63,885 bases of DNA, filler included, from Octopus bimaculoides (GCF_001194135.2; 3 parts of 3 records of this genome joined end to end with filler, not necessarily neighbours in it), one strand, 5' to 3'. Shown: positions 1 to 12,317, counted from the whole stretch's first letter. Made by a program: numbers and translations. The notes: generated by a model from the letters alone, not told the origin.

Positions 1-190
1 ATGAAAGAAGGTTTGAAAATGCACTTATTTTTCAAAAATATTTATTTACTTAACCGGTTTCACTTTTTTAGAAAAAGATTATCAAAAGTCTTTGAGAATA
101 ATAAAAAATGTTAAAAAACAGTTTGAGTATTAAAATGCATATATACATTCTATTTTTGAAAAATAAGTGCATTTTCAAACCTTCTTTCAT
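1..190. mobile_element. MITE with perfect 40 bp inverted repeats
   Basis: Positions 1-40 (atgaaagaaggtttgaaaatgcacttatttttcaaaaata) are the exact reverse complement of 151-190. A (TA)n run follows; the element may extend past the left edge of the window. Confidence 0.8.
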
Positions 191-237
191 ATATATATAC
201 ATATATATACATATCTTAATTATATATTACATTTTAG

Positions 238-432
238 ATTAACAATTGCCTGACCACACTCAATGTCGCCTACAACGGGTTTGGTTATGAAGGAGCCGTT
301 GCCTTAGGAGAGATGCTAAAACATAATAAAACTCTGCAGACTCTTGATATTTCCAGCAACAGAATATGCTGGAAAGGGTCACTGATAATGAGCAAAGCTC
401 TCTCCAAGAATCGGTCGTTGATCAACCTTAAG
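238..432 (+). CDS. LRRC74: LRRC74-like leucine-rich repeat protein, internal exon (first exon in window; gene begins upstream)
   Basis: Acceptor ttttAG 236-237, donor GTctgt 433. The 195 nt exon is phase 0/0 and reads INNCLTTLNVAYNGFGYEGAVALGEMLKHNKTLQTLDISSNRICWKGSLIMSKALSKNRSLINLK, i.e. two RI-type LRRs (LxxLxVxxNxFGxxG, LxxLDISxNxI). Family call is by recalled similarity to LRRC74A/B. Confidence 0.85.
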
Positions 433-784
433 GTCTGTTGAGCTTAAACTATGTCATACCATCCCCAATCCACTTCACTTCTATTTTTCTTCGCTTTCCT
501 CCTTTCTCGCATTTTCACACACACACACACACACATGCATGTGTGTGTGTATTAATGAAGAGATAGAAAGAGAGAGAAAGAGGGAGAGAGGGGTAGAAGA
601 GAGAAAGAGAGGTAGAAAAAGAAAAAAGAAAGTGTGATAGATTGAATGATGGAAAAAAAAATGGAAAGCCGATGGAAAGAATTTAGAGTGAAAGAGGAAC
701 GAAGTCGGGAGAATAGGAACATACAGAAAGGAAAATCAGACATGAGAGAACGAGTGAAAACAATGGAGAGATAGAATAAGAGAG

Positions 785-850
<66 letters not shown>

Positions 851-1519
851 NNNNNNNNNNNNNNNNNNNNNNNNNNNNNNNNNNNNNNNNNNNNNNNNNN
901 NNNNNNNNNNNNNNNNNNNNNNNNNNNNNNNNNNNNNNNNNNNNNNNNNNNNNNNNNNNNNNNNNNNNNNNNNNNNNNNNNNNNNNNNNNNNNNNNNNNN
1001 NNNNNNNNNNNNNNNNNNNNNNNNNNNNNNNNNNNNNNNNNNNNNNNNNNNNNNNNNNNNNNNNNNNNNNNNNNNNNNNNNNNNNNNNNNNNNNNNNNNN
1101 NNNNNNNNNNNNNNNNNNNNNNNNNNNNNNNNNNNNNNNNNNNNNNNNNNNNNNNNNNNNNNNNNNNNNNNNNNNNNNNNNNNNNNNNNNNNNNNNNNNN
1201 NNNNNNNNNNNNNNNNNNNNNNNNNNNNNNNNNNNNNNNNNNNNNNNNNNNNNNNNNNNNNNNNNNNNNNNNNNNNNNNNNNNNNNNNNNNNNNNNNNNN
1301 NNNNNNNNNNNNNNNNNNNNNNNNNNNNNNNNNNNNNNNNNNNNNNNNNNNNNNNNNNNNNNNNNNNNNNNNNNNNNNNNNNNNNNNNNNNNNNNNNNNN
1401 NNNNNNNNNNNNNNNNNNNNNNNNNNNNNNNNNNNNNNNNNNNNNNNNNNNNNNNNNNNNNNNNNNNNNNNNNNNNNNNNNNNNNNNNNNNNNNNNNNNN
1501 NNNNNNNNNNNNNNNNNNN
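851..1519. other. Assembly gap (669 N); further gaps at about 22324, 29712, 30591, 31858, 44504, 61516
   Basis: N runs, mostly bounded by microsatellites. Confidence 0.99.
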
Positions 1520-1804
1520 AGACACGTGTACCCTTAACGTAGTTCTCGGGGATATTCAGCGTGACACAGTGTGACAAGGCTGACCCTTTGAATTACAGGC
1601 ACAGCAGAAACAGGAACAAGAAGAGTGAGAGAAAGTTGTGGTGAAAGAGTACAGCAGGGTTCGCCACCATTCCCTGCCGGAGCCGCGTGGAGCTTTTAGG
1701 TGTTTTCGCTCAATAAACACTCACAACGCCCGGTCTGGGAATCGAAACCGCGATCCTATGACCGCGAGTCCGCTGCCCTAACCACTGGGCCATTGCGCCT
1801 CCAC
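1520..1804 (-). mobile_element. tRNA-derived SINE (family A)
   Basis: Minus strand head gtggaggcgcaaTGGCCCAGTGGttagggcagcggactcgcggtcataggatcgcGGTTTCGATTCCcag has Pol III A and B boxes; a non-tRNA body follows; 3' end is lost in the gap. Confidence 0.75.
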
Positions 1805-2112
1805 TGGTAACCAAATACTCTAGGAATAACAGTCAAATATCTATGAACTTACACCCTGAAGCTATAGCTACTCTTAGAAAGATGGGATGACCACGGTTGG
1901 AATACTCCTCGTTACATGTTTGAGATGCAACAACGGCAACTGAGCCAATGGGAAAGCTTCTATGTAGTCAGTGGTTCTGGTAGAAATAGCTGTCAAATCA
2001 CTGTCAGATCACATCATACAGATTTAAAAATCGAAAAGAACGAAGCAGATAATGTAATTCCCGATCTCTTGTTCCTGTTGTTATTACTGGTACTGATATT
2101 ACCGTTGTCCTT

Positions 2113-2320
2113 AAGGCGACGGGCTGGTAGAAGCATTAGCACGCCGGGGAAAAATGCTTAATTGGCATTTTCGCCCGTCCTTAAGTTTAAATTCCGTCGT
2201 GGTTGACTTTGCTTTTCATCCTTTCAAGATCGATAAAATCTTTTGAGCAATGGGGCCATTGTAATCAACTTACCCTTCCTCCAAAATTTCTGGCCTTGTG
2301 CCAAAATTTGAAACTGCTAT
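2113..2320 (+). mobile_element. tRNA-derived SINE (family B)
   Basis: Head aaggcg..gctggtagaa..ttagcacgccggg..aaatgctta; core gactttgcttttcatcctttc..gatcgataaaat; tail ccaaaatttgaaac. The same motif order recurs more than 10 times in the window. Confidence 0.75.
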
Positions 2321-2873
2321 TACGGTTGCTCTTATTACAGTTGTAATTGCGTTGCTGTTATACTTGTTAATTTTGTTATTGTAGTTGTTATTGCTGTCAT
2401 TGTTACAATTATTATACTTATTATTCTATTTAGCAGATACGGTATGGCCAAATCATTAAAGATTAGCAATCACGTGGCATACTGGACATAATATTTATCA
2501 TTACCTCCTCCCACCCCTGGAAAAATTTGGTAGATGAAACTAATTAGATCCTACTTGTAATTCAAGAGCGCAGCCTTGCCACATTGTTTCTGTGTGAGGA
2601 TTATGTTGAGTGTTCGTAGAATGCTCAGCAACTTACACGCTAATTCAAGAGCAGATGATTCAGTTGATCGAACCACTGATTAATCCGTGACGGATGCTTA
2701 CCATTTAGCAATCTAATTTGATGACCCGTCTCACCAAAGTATTACACGACGTTTGTGAGGGTGCTGATTGTTCTTGAACCTCAGCCTTGCAAATTAACCG
2801 CCCTTAATACCTTCTATATTTTCGGTTGCCTAGACAAATTTTAGAGTTAAATAACAGTATTTCCTTAGTGTAT

Positions 2874-3170
2874 TTACTTGTTTCAGTCATTTGACTGTGG
2901 CCATTCGGGAGCACCGCCTTTAGTCGAGCAAATCGACCCCAGGACTTATTCTTTGTAAGCCTAGTACTTATTCTATCGGTCTCTTTTGCCGAACCGCTAA
3001 GTTACAGGGACGTAAACACACCAGCATCGGTTGTCAAGCGATGTTGGGGTGACAAACGTATACACACACATGTATATACATATATATATATATATATATA
3101 CGACGGGCTTCTTTCAGTTTCTGTCTACCAAATCCACTCACAACCATGTGGTTCGTAAGCAAGCTACTTT
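2874..3170 (-). mobile_element. tRNA-derived SINE (family C) with internal (CA/TA)n tract, internally deleted
   Basis: Shares gtttcagtcatttgactg..gagcaccgcc..gtaagcctagtacttattctatcgg..acgacgggcttctttcagttt with the copies at 15308 and 48465. Confidence 0.85.
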
Positions 3171-3477
3171 ATTTCACTAAAATTGGTCATAAAGGCCTCA
3201 TACAGAAAAAAAGGAAGCTGCGGACTAGACAAAGACCCTAAAACCCTAACCCTAACTCTAAAACCCGAACCATTCAAAGGGAAAAGATCCCAATTGTTTT
3301 ATAGGATCGTATTGAGCTGTATCGACATAGCGTAGGATAATAATGATAAAAAACAATCCATGGGTAGAATTTATAAATATTTCACTGTATATCAGTTTAG
3401 ATTGTTAAATTATTGATACTGTTAAGTATGCCATAACCAAATTCACACATGTACAGGGAGAAAACAAAAATAAATAA

Positions 3478-3519
<42 letters not shown>

Positions 3520-3656
3520 GGATTAGTGTGAGGACAAATAATTTACTGTGCAGAAGCAACACGTATTCCATGGTTAACAGTGCACCATTCATACATAATT
3601 CTTATAACTCTTGTTTCTTTAATTTTTTAATATTTTTTAATCACTTCTTTGATCAG

Positions 3657-3774
3657 GGTATTCAAGTAATTAATGAGTTCAAGTTGCTCTTTTTGGCAAT
3701 CCAACACAAGAGGAACTTCACCTGTGTCCACGGTGACATCGTCAGTTTCCACGACTTTTTAGGAAGAAGAGATC
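3657..3774 (+). CDS. LRRC74: LRRC74-like internal exon
   Basis: Polypyrimidine tract plus cAG 3655-3656, donor GTaagt 3775. 118 nt, phase 0/1, GIQVINEFKLLFLAIQHKRNFTCVHGDIVSFHDFLGRRD. Confidence 0.8.
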
Positions 3775-5760
3775 GTAAGTTGAAAACCAACATATATATA
3801 TATATATATAAAAGATAATAAGAGTGAAAAAACTACAGAAGGCTTGTGTTACGTGGTTAAAGTATATATTTAAATTATGTCAGAAAAATGTTAGAAAAAT
3901 GTTATAAAATCTTTTTGGTATATGCGTGCGTATGTGTACGTGTGTGTGTAAGCGTAAGCATGGTTGAACGGCTAAAAAATTCGCTTCATAATCATGTTGT
4001 TCCTGGTTCAATCTTAATGCACAACAATTTGCGCAAGTATCACTTGCTGTATTCCTGGATAGACTAATACATTGCGAATGAATTTTGTAGGACGAAATTG
4101 CAAGGAGAACGGGATGTTTATGCATGTGTGTGTTTGTGTATGTGATGTGAGCGAGGTGTCCTTGTGTATGTGTTCGTCTCACACAGTTTGACTACTGAAC
4201 AAAATTTGATGCCTGCACACATAGACACAAACCATAACTATTCAACCACTGGGCAAGATAGAAGCAATACCTGTCCACTTGACCACTCAACAGATTAAAT
4301 TTAGAGAACCTTATTTTGGGACTGTTTCTAGACATGTTCATTCAACCGTTCCAGCCTTGATTTTCGGCGCAAAAGATATAGTCACATGATATTAATGCGC
4401 GGACGTAGTGGAGAACCTACAAAAACTTCTAAAATTACTAGTAATCACGAGATGCTTTTCCACTACATTTCACACATAAAATTCAGACAGCCTTGAGTTT
4501 TAGACATGTTCACTCAACCGGGACAGCTTTCCCAGCACCAAACATATTGTCACATGACACGCGTAGCGGAGAACTTACATTAATCTTTAAACCTAATCAC
4601 GTGATCATTCTAGACCAATCACAACATATCCAAAACAGATACCAATTTTAGCCATATTCCTTCTATAAAAACAAGACAGTTTTTGAATTCCAATTAGAAG
4701 TAAGACAGTTACAGCCTAGTTCCATGTCTTTCTACTCAATTTTTGAAAATCAGAGAAATCTGCGAAACCGGTTAGGTCTTTAAAAATAAAAAATAAAAAA
4801 TCTAAATGAATCTCAGTACATTTTCAACTTCTTACACACACACACATATCGTGTTTACCTTGAAATAAGACAAAAGAATGAAGAATTATCTTCTTTATTC
4901 TTTTAGATACATTTCAGATGACTTCAGGAACTATTTCTGCATCGTACACTGATTAGCATACGTGATTAATCGAAATGGAGTAATAAACCAGTTGATTACT
5001 CAGTTAAGTGATTGATTGAATATGCATACAAAGCGTTCAATTATGCAGAAGCAGTTCCTCAAGCCATACGAGACGTGCCTAAAGGAATAAATCCTTGTAA
5101 GAACATCATTCCTCATTCGTTTCCTGGTTGCTATTATACTCTGTGATAAGACCAATGAACTGTCCATCAGAGACTAGATGTTTTGTTAACAACGTCTTTA
5201 AATGTTCATTAACAACCAATAAATTTGTCTAATCATATATTGCGAATGAAATGATTCGTTATAACGTAATAGTGTACGTTCTTGACCCAACAGATGTTGA
5301 TTGGTATGTAAAGGTTAATGATGGAATAAGAGTTAGTGGGAGGATGACGGGATACTAACTTCTGTCTTACAGTCCATCATCATCAACATCGGTTTGAAGG
5401 TGTAGAACTTATCCAAACTTATTTGATGTTAATTGCGCATCATTGTGTATAGTTTCGTGTAAAAATTGAGTGCATTGTAAAATTTCTTGTAACTTGGTCA
5501 CTACGTAAACTTTTCGTGTTAGATTCACGATAAGAGACTGAAATCCTCCTGTCACTGGACCTCTGACTTTAGAGATTCGTTCATCAAAAGGTTTTCAGTA
5601 TATCTGCAAACTCCTTTCTTCGCGATGGCTTGTTCAGCTGTTGTATGTATGTATTTATGCAATCATTGATGTACCAGCATAATTGACTGCTTAAACAAAT
5701 TAAGTGCATACATTGGGAGAGTACCTTCTATCAAAACATTAGTTTGACCATGTATATATA

Positions 5761-6870
5761 TCAAAATAAGCAACACGGATATCCAGAGGTAATGCATACG
5801 ACCGTTTCATGCAACTCCATTTAATTGAACAATGCAATCATTACATCAATTTAAAAAGCCGAGCAATCCTCAGCTTCTCAAAGACATAGAATTCAATTAA
5901 ATTAGAACAGATGGACACATTAGTATAGTTATACCTAAAGTCTCCAAGAAGTTAAGGAGATAGACAAAGAAAATATTGCCTCTACTACAACATAGAAGTA
6001 AATTGTCAAGAAGACTCTGCTTGTCACTGATTTTATTTGTTTTTATGGGGTCAGTTTTAATTTATAGACTACTTTATCAAGACTTGTATATCTAAAGCTG
6101 AGAGAATAAAGGGCATTCTCTGTTAGGGGTAGGGGTGAGAGGGCAGACAGAAATCATAGTTGGTATAGTCATAAAGATCATGAGGTTTGGTAAAAGAAAA
6201 CTTAAAACAAGATGTTGGCTGACAACTAAGGGGGTCACTCACCAGCAGACCATTGATAATGAAACAGAGGAAATCTTATGGTGTAGTACTATAGTTAAAT
6301 GTTTTAAAACAATTTTGCTATATTGTATACAGATAAAATTTAGGGCTATTCTGAGGGTTATTAAGAATATATTGACAAAAGGATAGAAATTTATGGATAC
6401 TTTTGAGTATATACCAAACTTATACCACAATAGAGAGAGGAAAAGAAATTATTCAGAAATAGTTTAATATTTATACATATAAATATTCAATATTTATACA
6501 TTTAAATACTAACTCATCATATGGTATCTATGAATATTGATTAATAGGTATATACTGGTATTAATAAAGGAGTATTGAGGTAAAAGAACATTCTAATTAC
6601 ATGTCAATAAAATTATAATCTATGCAGTTATTTTTATATGTAGTAAATATACCAGTACAGTTTTTATATAAGCTAAGTGCGAATTTATAGAGATACAAAG
6701 ATTAGCTTAATTCTTATGAATAAATAAAGGCTAATTATAAATTAATAAAGAAATGAAATAAAATAATCAATTAGGGCATTAGGATTTTAATCACCTTACT
6801 TTGAAATTGTATGGATAATACCGTACTAAATTCTGGTGCCTCAACTAAAGTACCATATTCACCTGCATCT
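5761..6870 (+). mobile_element. AT-rich interspersed repeat, probably a non-autonomous TIR DNA element (copy 1)
   Basis: Colinear with the reverse complement of about 14090-15143. Ends in ttaatcacctta.tttgaaa.tgtatgga..taccgtactaaattctggtgcctcaac, which also caps copy 2 in inverted arrangement, implying a terminal inverted repeat. Confidence 0.7.
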
Positions 6871-7699
6871 TATATATATNNNNNNNNNNTGAAATAAATG
6901 AAGACAACTTCTACCTAATTTTTAAACCCACAAATAAATGATGCAACGTATATTCAGACACTTCAATAAATGCATTGGACATCTCGGTGTAAGACTTGAT
7001 TATTCACAATTTGGAAGTAGAGCTACAGCATGATCTTAGCTGTGTTATCTAACACGAACTAAATGATTAGCTACACACACTGTCAGTGGATGACCATCTG
7101 TCAGATTCGGCGATATTTATTCAATCGTTAGAATATTTCACAGATACGTCTACCCAGACAGTATGAGTGTGACAGTGTCTAATAAGACTATAATTTTGAA
7201 TTACATGAAAAGTACGTCTGATGGTTTTCTAAGCAGTTTGGAATGAGCCGAAGCTATTGTGAGACTCTTGCCTCAAATGACTCACAATGGGATCGAAAAT
7301 GGTCTCGTGATTGTGAAGTGAAATCCTTAACTAAGCGCACAAGCGTGTATATGTATGTATCTTGATTTTTCCCTCCACATCAAAGTCAAGGAGCCGTCTC
7401 CGTTTCCTTAATTCTTTGTCTCCTTTGCCTACGCTGCCTCCAGGATCAACTCTCACCAAATGCTCTATTTTTTGTTTGATCGAAGTTAAGTGCCTCCACC
7501 CTAATGTAGTCGCAGCACCTCTCTGTGTCCTGGCCATCGCAATTCTTAGGACTCGTCAATCACATTTCAATAAACCTTGCTACTCTGACCTTCCAATTCC
7601 ATTCTTATCAACTTTCATCTTATGCAATCTGAAACCGCCACAATTTCCATTTTCCCCAGAACTGTCCTCCTCAAATTCACACATAATAAAATATTTTTT

Positions 7700-8430
7700 G
7701 GCTTATGGCGAATAACTCTTTTTTTCTTCCTCAGTCGCATTCAATTAAGAATCTTGTGCAAATCTAATATATCTAATTGCATGCTATTTCTATAATGCCT
7801 CGTTACATGTCGACAAGTTTGTTGTGAGGGCAATAGATTTTCGAACATCACAAATCCTGCAGTAAAATTCGGAAATCTGCGTCTTGCTACTCCAACTATT
7901 CTGGACACATTCCCTACAATCTACCCATCTTTAACGTCTGCTGACAGTATAGTCCCAAGGCAGCTCTCAAGATTAAAGAAATCGGCTCATTTTCCACTGG
8001 AAACCTTTACTCCAATTTCATTTCTTTGTTACTCCTCGACACTTCATGCATTTTTCTAAGCGCTCTTCCGTGTGTTCCTTCCAACTCCGAGTATTTGTAG
8101 ACTTCATTAACTTCCCTACAACACCCTCTTAGTCTTCAATTACTTTTTCTCCTGTGACAGCACTGGTAGCCTTCCTGTTCCCTTATTACCTCTCATACCA
8201 ACAAGCTCTCTTCTGGTCCTACCCCCTACCACAAATTCGCCTCGCTCACCCACTACATTTCTCCGTTTCTGTGAGTATTCCCTCACCCATTTCTGGCTCC
8301 ATCCAAATATTCACTCCTTTTTCACACCTGTAGGCTATTGCTTGAACACTAGACTCCGTCGAAGTAACTCAAATTTGTCCTCACTCCTCACCACGACAAA
8401 CTTATTGACATTCAACATAATTTCCTGGAT
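7700..8430 (-). pseudogene. Possible highly degenerate LTR retrotransposon RT/RNase H remnant
   Basis: Scattered frame-shifted pieces (KEHTEERLEK, CLGTILSAD, RRRFPNFTA, LNATEEEKKSYS) in the expected Gypsy order; the signal is weak. Confidence 0.3.
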
Positions 8431-8487
8431 TTAAACATGTCTCACAAAGTCTGCATAAAAAATACACCGCCTTAACTTCCTAGAGAA

Positions 8488-8556
<69 letters not shown>

Positions 8557-8709
8557 AACAGACAAAGTGAGACGGAGAGAGTGAGAAAGAGAGAAAAAGA
8601 CTGGATCAGTGCTTCTTATCCAATCCTTTCTCAAGAGAGCAATTATGGTATTTTCTGTTGTAAAACATGACTTGCATTGTATTAATTTATCAATTCCCTA
8701 AAATTTCAG

Positions 8710-8846
8710 CTCTTAAATTAGACCCAATGTCAAAGGTTATAAGGTACTTGAAGAAGAACCAGATCAGACCACTAGAATTACTGCGCTCCTTTGATAAACC
8801 TTTAGACTGGTCTATGAGTTCATCGTCGTTTATGGAAAGACTTAAG
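8710..8846 (+). CDS. LRRC74: LRRC74-like internal exon (degenerate EF-hand-like segment)
   Basis: tttcAG 8708-8709, donor GTatac 8847. 137 nt, phase 1/0, matching the previous exon: (P)LKLDPMSKVIRYLKKNQIRPLELLRSFDKPLDWSMSSSSFMERLK. Confidence 0.85.
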
Positions 8847-8984
8847 GTATACTTTTTGTGTTCTTACTTACCTACCCACCCACATACATACCAATGTACC
8901 TACATACCTGCACAACTATCATCGTTTATAAATTACTCAAACACAAACACACACATTTATACATATGTGTGTGTGTGTGTGTGT

Positions 8985-9165
8985 TTGTGTTCGTATGTTT
9001 TCCCCACTCCATTGTTGGTGTGTTTACGTCTCTGTAACTTAGCGGTTCGGCAAAAAGAGGTCGATAGGCTTACAAAGAATAAGTCTTGGGGTCGATGTGT
9101 TCGACTAAAGGCGATGCTCCAGCATGGCCGCAGTCAATTGACTGAAACAAGTAAAAGAATAAAAG
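8985..9165 (+). mobile_element. SINE family C, 3' half
   Basis: Reverse complement of the 2874-3050 segment, about 85-90% identical by eye with a 13 nt deletion. Confidence 0.85.
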
Positions 9166-9228
9166 AATATATATACATATCAGCGTGCTGTTCTCTATCA
9201 ACTGGAGGACCTACTAAATGAATTACTG

Positions 9229-9527
9229 CAGGGGTTTTCAAACTTTTTGATTTGCGGACCCCTTTATATTTCAGGCTTTACCTTAGGGACCCCCTTATAA
9301 ACGCTTATGAAATTTATACATAAATATTTGCTTAAAATAATATATATTTTTACATTTATTTATTTAACAGTATTCAACAAATAGATTTATTGTCAATTAA
9401 AAGATTTCGATTAAAAAAAACATATATAAAATCAAATTGCCCATAAAAAGTTTTTGCTGTCTACGGACCCCCTGTCTTGTCCTTACGGACCCCCTGTGGT
9501 CCGTGGACCACAGTTTGAAAACCCCTG
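9229..9527. mobile_element. hAT-type non-autonomous DNA transposon (MITE), 299 bp
   Basis: 16 bp TIR CAGGGGTTTTCAAACT at both ends. Perfect 8 bp target-site duplication AATTACTG (9221-9228, 9528-9535), diagnostic of hAT. Internal repeated ggacccc motifs. Confidence 0.95.
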
Positions 9528-9974
9528 AATTACTGTATGAAGTGTGAAATGTCTCAGATCGATATACGCTTAAAGTATTTATGCACAGCAGCGAGCTGTA
9601 AGTGTGACATTGAATCACCGGTTCAATCCCACTTCACTCATAAGGCTTGAGAATAACCGAGACTTTGGTAAATGTACTTTCCTAAGATATCACGAAATTA
9701 GACGAAACCAGGAACCAAATGGTTGGAAAGCCTGCTTGCCTGCCTGTCGGCCTGTCGGCCTGTCTGTTTGTATGTGTACACACACAAAGTTTTTTTGTAT
9801 AGCTTTCATCTCATATTTTGAAATGGTCATATCGCTAATAAAACAATGCTCTTGTTCGTGGTTATATCTTGTGTCATATCGTTTCTTCGGATAGCTGTAT
9901 CTTTTTATGCATTGTTTTTACTTGTATTTAGATAGCGTTGTACGTGGATTTGTATCTCACTTGTGTTTCTGTCG

Positions 9975-10005
9975 ATCTGTCTCTGTCTGTCTGTCTTTGT
10001 CTGTC

Positions 10006-10038
<33 letters not shown>

Positions 10039-10207
10039 GTCTGTCTTTGTCTGTCTCTGTCTGTCTGTCTGTCTATCTCTGTCTGTCTGTCTGTCTTTGT
10101 CTATCTCTGTCTGTCTGTCTTTGTCTGTCTCTGTCTGTCTGTCTTTGTCTGTCTGTCTGTCTCTGTCTGTCTTTGTCTGTCTCTGTCTGTCTGTCTGTCT
10201 GTCTGTC

Positions 10208-10270
<63 letters not shown>
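9975..10270 (+). repeat. Compound (TCTG/TCTTTG)n to (TC)n microsatellite
   Basis: Read directly from the sequence. Confidence 0.95.
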
Positions 10271-10274
<4 letters not shown>

Positions 10275-10329
10275 ACTGAGTTTAAGTCCAGGTCAGCAAA
10301 AACATTACACGCATACAAACACGCACACA

Positions 10330-10500
10330 AATGCGAGCAATATTCGCGTCAAATTTTGGCACAAGGCCGGCAATTTCAGCGGGGAGAAAGTAGTCAATTA
10401 CATCGAGATCAATACTCAGCTGGTACTTATTTTATCGACTCCGAAAAGATGAGAAGCAAAGTCTTTTTGCCGAACCGCATTTTGTCCGGCCTGTTCACCG
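10330..10500 (-). mobile_element. SINE family B fragment
   Basis: aaattttggcacaaggcc..tggtacttattttatcgactccgaaaagatga..caaagtc is the reverse of the family B tail and core. Confidence 0.65.
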
Positions 10501-12274
10501 CCCTAAATGAGAATAATACTAATAATCTAATAGGTAACAAAATGTCAGCGTAAATAGACTTAGTTAAAGATATTTATAGTTATAAAATAATTCTAAAGAA
10601 TTATATAGAATGAAAAATTCCCTTTCTGTATTATCAACAGTATAAAGCATACTTCACTGCTCATATAACTATACCAAACGCAGAATTACTTTTGCAAGAA
10701 ACGACAGTTCTCTGATTCACAAAGCTAGTCCAAATTCTATGGAAGTTTTATGAAATAGATAACCCAGGATATAATAGGAGAGATGGATAAGAACTGAAGC
10801 ACCAATTTATATTTACAAATAAAGGTCTGCCTGTCAGTTCTCTTTAAGGAGAAAAGCAAAATCAGCCAAAGCAAGTATCTGTCCATGCCTGACGTAAACA
10901 GCGTAAATAACGTTATTAAAAAAAAAAAATCCAAGACTTTTCAATTTAAACAAAAGTCTCCACTTAACGTGATTCATAGAGTAAAATCTGATAATGCCAT
11001 ACTCTAGAGTCGACAGTTTGTGCATGGAAAGCTGAATGAGACTAGAACTATTTTAGAGAATTAAAGTTATTACACTCATGCTTATAAACGTAATAAAATA
11101 ACAGTACGTGACATTTCATTAAATAATAATTAAAAAAAAACATAAATGTACACACAAACGGGAAATAGACAGAGAAGGGTACCAAATCCTCATCAGTTAT
11201 CGCTCATAGGGTTAACGATAGGCACTACTTAAGAAGAGATGAAGGAAGTAGAGGCTCTCTCTGTCATATAGTCTCTTTCTGATAACACTCACTAAATAAC
11301 AGCTGTAAAAATAAATACAGTAACTTAGTTTTGAAAATTAAAGAGAAAAGTAACCTAGTGCTGGCAGCAAGCTCTTGAGGAAGCATTCTCTTTCTGATGA
11401 CCTCCCATAGAACCCAAGAACACCAGATTAATATACCTCAAAGAAGATCTGAAGGTGAAGCGCTCAGCATACCAAAAACAGACTCGTGATCGCCACATCA
11501 CATCATGCTTCAAAGGCTGAGCATTTGCAATCTAAGAACAGAAGCTTTTTTTTTACTTGATACTTAGTAAACAAATGAAATAGTGATGTCTTTGGAGCTC
11601 TAAGATGTGACCGAAAATGTAGACTACGTCATATTTCTGTGGAAGACATCACACGTGATTAGCAGCTGACCTGAAAATGTCACCAAAGTATTACCTTCCT
11701 AAACGAAACGATGTTGTCGTAAAAAAAATATTCGGAAAAAAAACTGTCCTCGAATAGAGGAAATTTCCCTGTTATTGAATACGTACACAAATATCGACAC
11801 GAGGAATACTGGTGAGGCAATCCTATCAATACATCTTTCAAGTATAAACAAAACAGGCCAGATATTGTCATTTGGCACAGTCAAGAGAAATGTTGTAATG
11901 TTTACAGAGGTCAGTTAACGTGGATATCTCTTTGAAAATCAAAGAGAAAGAAGATAACTAGTGATAACTACTCCGAAGCCTCAAACGTGTAATCCCATAT
12001 TATAAATACACATTTATACCATTGGTGCACTTGGTTTTGTGATCTAATGCCTAAGTGACAATCTGGATAAGCTAGAGTTTTCTGAAAAAAGAAATCAACC
12101 GACTAACTCGCACAATACATATGCAATGTGTAAATGGAACAATAAAAATACACAAAACTTTTCTGAAGTTTAAACTGTGAAATTGTTTTTCTTACCTACA
12201 TTACGACAATTGAGCTTTGTATATTTATTAGAAACAGGTGGAAGAATTGAAATAACTAAAAACAAGAGAGAATA

Positions 12275-12317
<43 letters not shown>

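Noticed and set aside
552-1577. Long ORFs spanning N gaps (also 22204, 30514-30543, 31768-31814, 44197-44491)
   Set aside because: Made of X residues and microsatellite translations.
1720-1804. tRNA-like sequence with A and B boxes (also the heads at 26057, 34190 and 48880)
   Set aside because: No complete cloverleaf, and each runs into a repeated SINE body. These are SINE heads, not tRNA genes.
3236-3270. (CCCTAA)-like telomeric motif
   Set aside because: Only two or three imperfect units; too short to call an interstitial telomere.
5300-5640. Minus-strand reading KPFDERISKVRG.. suggestive of a Polinton polymerase
   Set aside because: Only a few residues match and no further POLB motifs are present.
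9184-9228. RAVLYQLEDLLNELL reading next to the hAT MITE as a possible disrupted exon
   Set aside because: No polypyrimidine tract; the frame stops soon after removing the MITE; the true linking exon was found at 13328.
9907-10553. ORFs rich in VCLS, HT, YI, IHPS, GWMD, LSIY or polyI/polyS throughout the window
   Set aside because: Translations of simple repeats, which lack stop codons by construction.
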